Shown one piece after another: positions 1-10,138 of a DNA stretch of 64,000 nucleotides (within the stretch, counting starts at the first letter, position 1; every line of letters starts with the position of its first letter). The DNA comes from the human T2T-CHM13v2.0 reference genome, Homo sapiens. Under the pieces are notes generated by a model. The model did not search any database and had not been told where the DNA came from. It saw nothing but the letters and a program-made list of their open reading frames with translations. The DNA lies in assembly GCF_009914755.1 (NCBI RefSeq), contig NC_060932.1; one strand, given 5' to 3'. The translations under genes were made by a program, and so were the position numbers.

Positions 1-869
1 AACTATTATTTGGTCTTGAGACTATCCTTTGTGGTAGGCAGAGAAGATGGGCACAGAGAAGGTGGCTTAACTTGTACTAAGTCTCAGAGAGTGAGGGTTT
101 TATCTTGAGATGCTGTCCCTTACAATACACACGCGTGTTGCAGCTCGCGTGCCCTGCAGCTGGCCTGTTGTGTGAACAGTGAGCACATTACAGGAGTGAA
201 TTTTTCAACAGGTGAGTAATAATCCTAGAGAGTCATTGAAACTGACTTTAAGAACTAAAAAAAAAACAACAAAATTAAGGGGCCATCTAAAATGTCTAAC
301 CTTTCCTCCCATTACAATTCTTTTTTGATATCAGGATGATTTCTATGATTACCCTTATGCAGCTTTGATCATCTCTCTAAACCAGTTCCCCCAAGTGTTT
401 TATGTCACCTTCCAAACATGGTCTTAGAACCATGTGTGCATGCAGGTATGTAGGATGTTTGTTTCTCCAGTTAGGATCTGATTTTCCACCAGAGGCACTC
501 TGTTTCTGCAGAATCTCTGACAATGCACGGATTAAATAATTAGCAAACTTCTGCGAAGAGAGTGGTGCAGGGGAGCCTGGACGGGGCAGTGGGCAGAGAC
601 ATTTTTAGTTTGCTTTAATGTCTTTCCCTTTTCTTTTCTTTTTTTTTTGCATCTTTTAATGTAATTGTATGTACATATTACATAAAATTTTTTTTATGGA
701 CCAAAATAAGTCAGCAGACAAAAGTATGATCTATGATCTAGAGGTCAAGCTGTTCAAATCCCAGTTCTCCCTTTTACTAGTCTGTGTCTAGGACTGGTTA
801 CTTAACCTGTTTAACTCGAGGTATTTTTTAATCTGTAAAAATGGAGATAATACTCATTTCTAGAAAGTT

Positions 870-1162
870 ATTTGCATTTTGCAGGGCCCAAAGCTTTTAA
901 AACTATGAAAGCCTTCCTTAAGAAAAAGAATATGAAATATGTATTTAAGATTAGGTATGAAAGTTAATATTTATGTAGGAAGAGAAAATAAATCAAACAG
1001 ATGATACATTTAAACAATAACTGACAAATATCACAAACCTCAGAACGCTTGTGGCCATGTGAACACATTAGTAGGACATCTCACGGAGCCTTGGCAAAGG
1101 CCGGTGGAAAGAGAGGCCTTGAGACTTCAGCTTTACCAACTTTGCGGTAGAAATGCCTATGC
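870..1162 (-). mobile_element. hAT-Tip100 DNA transposon fragment (Zaphod/MER115-like)
   Basis: Right end resembles the reverse complement of the recalled Zaphod terminus (GGCGGATTTACCGTGAAGCT..GGCCC..AATGTGTTCACATGG); also 'ttaagaaaaagaata..attaggtatgaaagttaatatttat'. Confidence 0.45.
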
Positions 1163-1180
1163 TTGCGTTGTGACGGGCAA

Positions 1181-1327
<147 letters not shown>

Positions 1328-3089
1328 TCACTGTACATGGCAGTTGAGGGGGTTAAATAAAACACAGCTAGTGTCTGCTCAACACAGAGCCTGACACACA
1401 GTACATCTCTCGTACATGTAAATTCCTCTCCCTCTTTTTATCCCCCCAGAATTTCTCAGGCAAAGGCAGCCTTAAAGAGGTGCAATTGCCTTATTGTTCA
1501 TTCCGCAGATTCCTGCTTTTTCTTCTATGCCAGTTTGAGGACACGATGTTAAAATTATTACAGGGAGTAACAAGAGGTTTAAATTAGATAAAGTGTGTGG
1601 AAGTGCCTCACATAGTGCCTGGTCTCTATTAAATTAATTCATGACTTCTTTGAATTGGATTATGGCTTGCTGAAAGCTGACACCTCTATGTAAGGGGAGC
1701 TTTATCTAAGCAACTTGCAAAGTAAGGTGTCTGCACAATAATAGAGATGGGAACTTGGGTCTGAGAAAGCGTTTGTTATTCTAAAAGGACCTTTATTAAC
1801 TACTTTGGAGAAATCTTGCTACCCAATTTAAAAGGAGACACTCATTTAAAACAAAGCTTTTGCTAAACTGTTCACCAGATGAATCCAATTTCATTGCTAA
1901 TACTCGACCATCCACGCTGTCCTCTACTGATTCCTTCCCCAAATGACATTTTCCCATTAAGCAGACAGGGCTAGATTAAAAACAAAACAAAACAAAAACA
2001 CCCAAAACAAAAACCAAGCAATTATGAAGTCTGTGAATGCTTTTATATGACTGTGTTTTGTATATTCTTACTCAATTCATGTAGTTTTAATTTTATTTAT
2101 TTATGAGATAGATCAACTTAGAATTATCTTTATTTACATATATATTTATTTTTCTTTTGAGTCAAACTTTTACTAATATTTTATTTATACTCTTCCCCCC
2201 ATCTGTCTTGGAAAAGTGATAATGTAATTGCTTTTTCGATTGATAGATTGCTTTATATTCTTAAGCAACTCAAAATGCAATACATAAAACATCTGTGAGA
2301 AAACCACACAGGCTTTTTACTGGTCAATGCATAAGGAACACATGAATATTGATTGGAGAATTAGTAATCAAAGCAGTCAGGATTTTGACTGGAAGAACAA
2401 AATCCCAAGCAGACCTATATCATAACCCCTCTTATTTCAAAAAGTGGAGCTCCTGTGAAAGCAGGAGATACAATCTGATTGTCTGCCGGCCCACCATGGA
2501 ACTCTCCTTTAAGCCAGCTTTCTAATCCAGCTACTGGAATTGATGCTACAGCTAGATAAAGGTAGACAAAAATATCTGTTAAAAATCAGATAGTTTGATT
2601 CTATACTGAGAAAACATAAAAATGCCTAAATAAAAAATTCAGTTAAATATCTGAATTTATTCAACTAATTAATTTACTTAACAAATTAGTTAACTAATAA
2701 TATCTTTATTTAACTAAAAATCCATGTCCTTAAAGAGTCCTTACAGGCTCCAGGCCATCCCTAAAGTCAGGATCTGTGAGGTATACAACCTAACATTGAG
2801 GGTCCACTTCGGGATTGCGTCTGCCAGGCAGATGAGGCAGCCAGTGAGACACAGGGAAACTGGAGAGGAAAAGAAGCTCTCTCCCTTTCTACAGAAACCG
2901 CATCCCACTACCCTGTGGGTTGCATGGTTATCCAGGAAATGGGCAAGATGGGATAAACTGAGAATTCCTGTTATGAGCACTGACATGAATCCTGTCTCCA
3001 TAGTTTACAGGTATGACCTCTATAGTTTGTCGTCACTTAAAGGGTAGCCTCTTTAGTTGTAACAATGTATTAGCCATAAAAAATTAAAA

Positions 3090-3700
3090 AGAAACAATCC
3101 AATGGAAAAAACAAATAAATTGTCACAGACAATTGTTCAAAGATTACACATGGCCAACAAATAAATGAGAAAGGTTAAAATAATGAAAGCCTGAAAAACA
3201 TGAAAGAAAGAAAATAGAAAAGAAAATTTTTTAAAAAGAAAAAAAATGACACCCATGGCTAGGGAAAATTCCAGGAAACAGGACTGCTGATAAAGTGAAT
3301 CTGATGGGATCTTTCTCCATTTCAAACTGGCAATATGTAACTAATCTCCTAAAATTGTGAATGTACATTGAAGTAGTATGATACATTTTAAAACTTGGCC
3401 TATGAAAATGATCCTGTGGCTGTTATCTACACAAACATTCATCAGAGCACTCTTTCTAACAGTACAAATTTGAAAACATCAAAATTTCTAATAATAGGAA
3501 CTCAATTACATGTTAGCTCACCCATACAATGAGTTAATATGTAGTCATTAAGATTGTAATGTAGAAGATTATGTAATAACATAGGAAATATTTGACATTT
3601 TTAATAGTAAAAATGCAGGTTATGAAAATTAATTTATATTTATAAAACATATCTATAACTTTATATACAAAGATGATGCAATCATAGAGAGACACACATG
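3090..3700 (+). mobile_element. Old L1M 3' fragment
   Basis: Degraded L1 ORF2-end/3'UTR motifs: 'aacaatccaatggaaaaa..atggccaacaaataaatgagaaagg', 'aacattcatcagagcactctttctaacag'. Confidence 0.5.
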
Positions 3701-3769
3701 GCGATTTCTTCTGGAGATTATTTTGGTAGTTTATTTTTTTCTTTGCTTTCCTTTTTCTTTCCTTTTAAA

Positions 3770-4142
3770 AACTTTTTCTAAATAATGAGGAATTTTAAAA
3801 GCACAGAAAAGAGAAATACAACATCCTTGCATCTGCTAATCAAAACAAATAATCACTAATTTTTAAAATTATTTTTCCTAAAGAAATTACAGAGCTTAAG
3901 TCCTTTTCGTGTCTCATATGCAACCTTCATGTTCCTTCTACCCAAAGACAAACACTGTGCTGAGTTTGGGATGTATTCCTTACATCATTTTTTTTCACCA
4001 TTTTATGTTAATGCACATACCCCAAAACAATGTACATTATTGTCTTTGTATTATGTTCATATCAATTATATCATGATTTCTGCAACTTACTTTTTTTACT
4101 CAATATGGTATATTTTTGACATGGATCCATGGTGATACATAT
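3770..4142 (-). mobile_element. Old L1M antisense fragment interrupted by HERV-H (continues after 9869)
   Basis: 'ttttttactcaatatg..gatccatggtgatacatat' joins 'atctagtttattttt' across the provirus, a typical L1M antisense 3' motif. Confidence 0.5.
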
Positions 4143-4595
4143 TGTCAGGCCTCTGAGCCCAAGCCAAGCCATCGCATCCCCTGTGACTTGCACGTATACG
4201 CCCAGATGGCCTGAAGTAACTGAAGAATCACAAAAGAAGTGAATATGCCCTGCCCCACCTTAACTGATGACATTCCACCACAAAAGAAGTGTAAATGGCT
4301 GGTCCTTGCCTTAAGTGATGACATTACCTTGTGAAAGTCCTTTTCCTAGCTCATCCTGGCTCAAAAAGCACCCCCACTGAGCACCTTGCGACCCCCACTC
4401 CTGCCCGCCAGAGAACAAACCCCCTTTGACTGTAATTTTCCTTTACCTACCCAAATCCTATAAAACAGCTCCACCCCTATCTCCCTTCACTGACTCTCTT
4501 TTCGGACTCAGCCCCCCTGCACCCAGGTGAAATAAACAGCCATGTTGCTCACACAAAGCCTGTTTGGTGATCTCTTCACATGGATGCACATGAAA
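4143..4595 (+). promoter_or_regulatory. 5' LTR (LTR7), 453 bp
   Basis: Starts TGTCAGGCCTCTGAGCCCAAGC and ends CATGAAA. TATAAAA 4459-4465; CCACCC box after TATA; AATAAA 4531-4536; ACAAAAGAAG at 4230 and 4280; GCCCCACC 4252-4259. Confidence 0.96.
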
Positions 4596-4597
4596 TT

Positions 4598-4615
4598 TGG
4601 TGCTGTGACTCAGAT
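4598..4615 (+). other. Primer-binding site for tRNA-His
   Basis: TGGTGCTGTGACTCAGAT vs ideal TGGTGCCGTGACTCGGAT (16/18, both mismatches CpG transitions), 2 nt after the 5' LTR. Confidence 0.93.
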
Positions 4616-4738
4616 CGGGGGACCTCCCTTGGGAGATCAATCCCCTGTACTCCTGTTCTTTGCTCCATGACAAAGATCCACCTATGACCTCAGGTCCTCA
4701 GACCAACCAGCCCAAGGAACATCTCACCAATTGTAAAT

Positions 4739-4747
4739 CAGGTAAGC
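4739..4747 (+). promoter_or_regulatory. HERV-H major 5' splice donor
   Basis: CAG|GTAAGC (exon ends 4741), ~150 nt after the LTR, where the HERV-H leader donor is expected. Confidence 0.8.
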
Positions 4748-5066
4748 GGCCTCTTCTTACTCTCTTCTCCAACCTCTCTCACTGTCCCTCAACCACTTTC
4801 TCCTTTCCACTCTTCAGTCTCTCCCTTCTCTTAATTTCAATTCCTTTCATTTTCTGGGAGAGACAAAGGAGACACATTTTATCCGTGGACCCAAAACTCT
4901 GGCGCCGGTGACGGACTGGGAAGGCAGCCTTCCCTTGGTGTTTAATCATTGCAGGGATGCCTCTCTGATTATACACTCACGTTTCAAGGGTGTCAGACTA
5001 TGCAGGGACGCCTGCCTTGGTCCTTCACCCTTAGTGGCAAGTCCCGCTTTTCTACAGGGCAAGAAC

Positions 5067-5296
5067 CCCCAATCCCTTATTTCCATGCCCCAACCTCTTA
5101 TCTCTGTGCCCCAATCCCTTATTTCTGCACCCTGACCTCTTATCTCTGTGTCCCAATCCCTTATTTCCGTGCCCAGACCTCGTATCTCTGTGCCCCAATC
5201 CCTTATTTCTGCGCCCCAACCTGTTATATCTCTGTGCCCCAATCTCTTATTTCCACACCCTGACCTCTTATCTCTGTGCCCCAACCCCTTTTCCCA
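5067..5296 (+). repeat. HERV-H leader tandem array: ten ~21-bp units alternating as a 42-bp dimer, plus a partial unit
   Basis: A = CCCCAATCCCTTATTTC(C/T)RYR alternates with B = CCC(CA/TG)ACCTCTTATCTCTGTG; five A-B pairs at 5067-5278. Confidence 0.9.
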
Positions 5297-5305
5297 CTTT
5301 TCTGG

Positions 5306-5314
5306 AAGGTAAGA
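5306..5314 (+). promoter_or_regulatory. Second leader splice donor
   Basis: AAG|GTAAGA (exon ends 5308), just after the repeat array. Confidence 0.6.
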
Positions 5315-5368
5315 ACCCCCAACTCCATTTCTCTACTCTCTCTTTTCTCTAGGCTTGCTTCCTTCACT

Positions 5369-6591
5369 ATGGGCAACCTTCCACCCTCCATTCCTCCTTC
5401 TACTCCCTTGGCCTGTGTTCTCAAAAACTTAAAACCTCTTCAACTCACACCTGACCTAAAACCTAAATGCCTTATTTTCTTCTGCAATGCTGCTTGACCC
5501 CAATACAAACTCGACAGTAGTTCCAAATAGCCAGAAAATGGCACTTTGAATTTTTCCATCCTGCAAAATCTAAATAATTCTTGTCGTAAAATAGGCAAAC
5601 GGTCTGAGGTGCCTGATGTCCAGGCATTCTTTTACACATCAGTCCCTTCCTAGTCTCTGTGCCCAGTGCAACTCGTCCCAAATCTTCCTTCTTTCCCTCC
5701 CGCCTGTCCCCTCAGTCCCAACCCCAAGCGTCGCTGAGTCTTTCTAATCTTCCTTTTCTACAGACCCACCTGACCTCTCCCCTCCTCCCCAGGCTGCTCC
5801 TCGCCAGGCCGAGCCAGGTCCCAATTCTTCCTCAGCCTCTGCTCCTCCACCCTATAATCTTTTTATCACCTCCCCTCCTCACACCTGGTCCGGCTTACAG
5901 TTTCGTTCCGTGACTAGCCCTCCCCCACCTGCCCTGCAATTTACTCTTAAAAAGGTGGCTGGAGCCAAAGGCATAGTCAAGGTTAATGCTCCTTTTTCTT
6001 TATCCCAAATCAGAAGTGTTTAGGCTCTTTTTCATCAAATATAAAAACCCAGCCCAGTTCATGGCTCGTTTGGCAGCAACCCTGAGACACTTTACAGCCC
6101 TAGACCCTAAAAGGTCAAAAGGCTGTCTTGTTCTCAATATACATTTTATTACCCAATCTGCTCCCGACATTAAATAAAACTCCAAAAATTGGAATCTGGC
6201 CCTCAAACCCCACAACAGGACTTAATTAACCTCACCTTCAAGGTGTACAATAACAGAAAAAAGTTGCAATTCCTTGCCTCCACTGTGAGACAAACCCCAG
6301 CCACATCTCCAGCACACAAGAACTTCCAAACGCCTGAACCACAGCAGCCAGGAGTTCCTCCAGAACCTCCTCCCCCAGGAGCTTGCTACACGCGCCGGAA
6401 ATCTGGCCACTGGGCCAAGGAATGCCCGCAGCCCAGGATTCCTCCTAAGCTGCGTCCCATCTGTGTGGGACCCCACACAGAAAATCGGACTGTTCAACTC
6501 ACCTGGCAGCCACTCCCAGAGCCCCTGGAACTCTGGCCCAAGGCTCTCTGACTCCTTCCCAGATCTTCTCGGCTTAGCGGCTGAAGACCGA
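5369..6591 (+). pseudogene. gag: HERV-H gag, disrupted
   Basis: ATG 5369: MGNLPPSIPP..FFCNAA*PQYKLD (stops at 5495, 5528). NC knuckle CYTRRKSGHWAKEC (second Cys lost) and a second knuckle remnant RPICVGPH near 6450-6490. Confidence 0.9.
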
Positions 6592-6960
6592 CACTGCCCG
6601 ATCGCCTCAGAAGCCCCCTAGACCATCACGGACGCCGAGCTTTGGGTAACTCTCTCAGTGGAAGGTAGGCCCGTCCCCTTCTTAATCAATACGGAGGCTA
6701 CCCACTCCACATTACCTTCTTTTCAAGGGCCTGTTTCCCTTGCCTCCATAACTGTTGTGGGTATTGACGGCCAGGCTTCTAAACCTCTTAAAACTCCCCA
6801 ACTCTGGTGCCAACTTAGACAATACTCTTTTAAGCACTCTTTTTTAGTTATCCCCACCTGCCCAGTTCCCTTATTAGGCTGAGACACTTTAACTAAATTA
6901 TCTGCGTCCCTGACTATTCCTGGACTACAGCTATATCTCATTGCTGCCCTTCTTCCCAAT
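6592..6960 (+). pseudogene. pro: HERV-H protease, inactive
   Basis: VEGRPVPFLINTEATHSTL (DTGA active site reads NTEA), VVGIDG flap, PVPLLG*D (GRD motif broken). Confidence 0.9.
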
Positions 6961-8860
6961 CCAAAGCCTCCTTTGCGTCCTCCTCTTGTATCCCCCCACC
7001 TTAACCCACAAGTATAAGATACCTCTACTCCCTCCTTGGCGACCGATCATGCACCCCTTACCATCTCATTAAAACCTAATCACCCTTACCCCACTCAACG
7101 CCAATATCCCATCCCACAGCACGCTTTAAAAATATTAAAGCCTGTTATCACTCACCTGCTACAGCATGGCCTTTTAAAACCTATAAACTTTCCTTACATT
7201 TCCCCCATTTTACCTGTCCTAAAACCAGACAAGCCTTACAATTTAGTTCAGGATCTGCGCCTTATCAACCAAATTGTTTTGCCTATCCACCCCGTGGTGC
7301 CAAACCCATATACTCTCCTATCCTCAATACCTGCCTCTACAACCCATTATTCTGTTCTAGATCTCAAACGTGCTTTCTTTGCTATTCCTTTGCACCCTTC
7401 ATCCCAGCCTCTCTTCGCTTTCACTTGGACTGACCCTGACACCCATCAAGCTCAGCAAATTACCTAGGCTGTACTGCCGCAAAGCTTCACAGACAGCCCC
7501 CATTACTTCAATCAAGCCCAAATTTCTTCCTCATCTGTTACCTATCTCGGCATAATTCTCATAAAAACACACATGCTCTCCCTGCCAATTGTGTCTGACT
7601 GATCTCTCAAACCTAAGCACCTTCTACAAAACAACAACTCCCTTCCTTCCTAGGCATGGTTAGCACGGTCAGAATTCTTACACAAGAGCCAGGACAACAC
7701 CCTGTAGCCTTTCTGTCCAAACAACTTGACCTTACTGTTTTAGCCTAGCCCTCATGTCTGCGTGCAGTGGCTGCCACTGCTTTAATACTTTTAGAGGCCG
7801 TCAAAATCACAAACTGTGCTCAACTCACTCTCTACAGTTCTCATAACTTCCAAAATCTATTTTCTTCCTCATACCTGACGCATATACTTTCTGCTTCCCG
7901 GCTCCTTCAGCTGTACTCACTCTTTGTTGAGTCTCCCACAATTACCGTTGTTCCTGGCCCAGACTTCAATCCGGCCTCCCATATTATTCCTGATACCACA
8001 CCTGACCCCCATGACTCTATCTCTCTGATCCACCTGACATTCACCCCATTTCCCCAGATTTCCTTCTTTCCTGTGCCTCACCCTGATCACGCTTGATTTA
8101 TTGATGGCGGTTCCACCAGGCCTAATTGCCACACACCAGCAAAGTCAGGTTATGCTATAGTACAAGCCACTAGCCCGCCTCTTAGAACCTCTCATTTCCT
8201 TTCCATCGTGGAAATCTAGCCTCAAGGAAATAACTTCTCAGCATTCCATCTGCTATTCTACTACTCCTCAGGGATTATTCAGGCCCCTTCCCTTCCCTAC
8301 ACATCAAGTTCGAGGATTTGCCCGACCCAGGACTGGCAAATTAGCTTTACTCAACATGCCTGAGTCAGATAACTAAAATACCTCTTAGTCTGGGTAGACA
8401 CTTTCACTGGATAGGTACAGGCCTTTCCTACAGGGTCTGAGAAGGCCACCGCAGTCATTTCTTCTGTTCTGTCAGACATAATTCCTCAGTTTAGCCTTCC
8501 CACCTCTATACAGTCTGATAACAGATGAACCTTTATTAGTCAAATCAGCCAAGCAGTTTTTCAGGCTCTTAGTATTCAGTGAAACCTTTATATCCCTTAT
8601 GGTCCTCCATCTTCAAGAAAAGTAGAATGGACTAAAGGTCTTAAAAACATACCTCACCAAGCTCAGCCACCAACTTAAAAAGGACTGGGTAATACTTTTA
8701 CCACTTTCCCTTCTCAGAATTCAGGCCTGTCCTCAGAATGCTACAGGGTACAGCCCATTTAAGCTCCTGTATAGACGCTCCTTTTTATTAGGCCCCAGTC
8801 TCATTCCAGACACCAGACCAACTTAGACTGTGCCCCCCAAAAAACTTGTCATCCCTACTA
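6961..8860 (+). pseudogene. pol: HERV-H pol (RT/RNase H/IN), with deletions and stops
   Basis: QYPI..SPILPVLKPDKPYNLVQDLRLIN..VPNPYTLL..YSVLDLKRAFFAIPLHP..FAFTW; LPQSFTDSP; FIDGGS; VDTFTG*VQAFP; QSDN. The YxDD segment is absent. Confidence 0.92.
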
Positions 8861-9403
8861 TCTTCTATCTAGTCATACTGCTATTCACCATTCTCAACTA
8901 CTCACACATGCCCTGCTCTTATTTACACTGCCAGTTTACACTGTTTTTCCAAGCCATCACATCTGATATCTCCTGGTACTATCCCCAAACTGCCACTCTT
9001 AACTCTTGAAGTAAATAAATAATCTTTGCTGGCAGGACTATGCTGAATCTCCTTAGGCACTCTCTAATCAGATATCCTGAGTCATGCCAACTCTTAGACC
9101 TTTTATACCTGTTTTTCTTCTTCTGTTATTCCATTTAGTTTCTCAATTCATACAAAACCGTATCCAGGCCATCACCAATCATTCTATACAACAAATGTTT
9201 CTTCTAACATCCCCACAATATCACCCCTTACCACAAGACCTCCCTTCAGCTTAATCTCTCCCACTCTAGGTTCCCACAGCACCCCTAATCCCGCTTGAAG
9301 CAGCCCTGAGAAACATCGCCCATTCTCTCTCCATACCACCCCCCAAAAATTTTCGCTGGCCCAACACTTCAACACTATTTTGCTTTATTTTTCTTATTAA
9401 TAT
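8861..9403 (+). pseudogene. env: Residual env / 3' internal region (env largely deleted)
   Basis: Only ~550 bp separate the IN end from the PPT; TM-tail-like 'tctcaattcatacaaaaccgtatccaggccatcacc'. Confidence 0.6.
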
Positions 9404-9416
9404 AAGAAGTCAGGAA
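9404..9416 (+). other. Polypurine tract
   Basis: AAGAAGTCAGGAA directly before the 3' LTR TG. Confidence 0.8.
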
Positions 9417-9864
9417 TGTCAGGCCTCTGAGCCCAAGCCAAGCCATCGCATCCCCTGTGACTTGCACGTATACACCCAGATGGCCTGAAGTAACTGAAGA
9501 ATCACAAAAGAAGTGAATATGCCCTGCCCCACCTTAACTGATGTCATTCCACTACAAAAGAAGTGTAAATGGCCTGTCCTTGCCTTAAGTGATGACATTA
9601 CCTTGTGAAAGTCCTTTTCCTGGCTCATCCTGGCTCAAAAAGCACCCCCACTGAGCACCTTGCGACCCCCACTCCTGCCCGCCAGAGAACAAACACCCTT
9701 TGACTGTAATTTTCCTTTACAAATCCTATAAAACGCCCCCCCCCCCAATCTCCCTTCATTGACTCTCTTTTCGGACTCAGCCCGCCTGCACCCAGGTGAA
9801 ATAAACAGCCATGTTGCTCACACAAAGCCTGTTTGGTGTTCTCTTCACACGGACGCGCATGAAA
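9417..9864 (+). promoter_or_regulatory. 3' LTR (LTR7), 448 bp
   Basis: ~96% identical to the 5' LTR; AATAAA 9800-9805; 6-bp deletion before TATA and a C11 run after it. Confidence 0.96.
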
Positions 9865-10138
9865 CATATATCTAGTTTATTTTTCTCACCTATCATTCAC
9901 CTGAATTTCTTTAAAAAATTTTAACCCTTTGTTAACCACATTTAGACTGTTTCTCTTTTTATTTGTAAGATATAAATTTTATAAGAGGTTTGTTTCAAGG
10001 GGATTCTTTGTTTATAGAGCATCAACAATGTTCAACACACATCTTTCAGTCACCGTATTGTTTAGTGATATGTTTTTTGCTATTCCAAATGGGATTTTAT
10101 TCCTATTACTTTTCATCATGAAATTCACATCATATGGA

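Larger units (their letters stand above)
4143..9864 (+). mobile_element. HERV-H provirus, common deleted ~5.7 kb form, with two LTRs
   Basis: Direct LTRs at 4143-4595 and 9417-9864; 5-bp TSD CATAT at 4138-4142 and 9865-9869; PBS-His; PPT; gag/pro/pol remnants. Confidence 0.98.

Noticed and set aside
486-500. CTCF-like CCACCAGAGGCAC (and a partial match near 62355)
   Set aside because: Spacing or core positions deviate from the consensus, so it is unsupported without ChIP data.
5067-5296. CRISPR-like appearance of the regular repeat array
   Set aside because: Units are contiguous with no unique spacers, the context is a eukaryotic retrovirus, and there are no cas genes.
4946-5424. ORFs with repeating 'WGTEIRD' or 'PIPYF' peptides
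   Set aside because: They are translations of the 21-bp leader array (a multiple of 3), not genes.
7036-7467. 143-aa RT ORF as a functional or domesticated gene
   Set aside because: Non-ATG start, bounded by stops, and lacks the catalytic YxDD.
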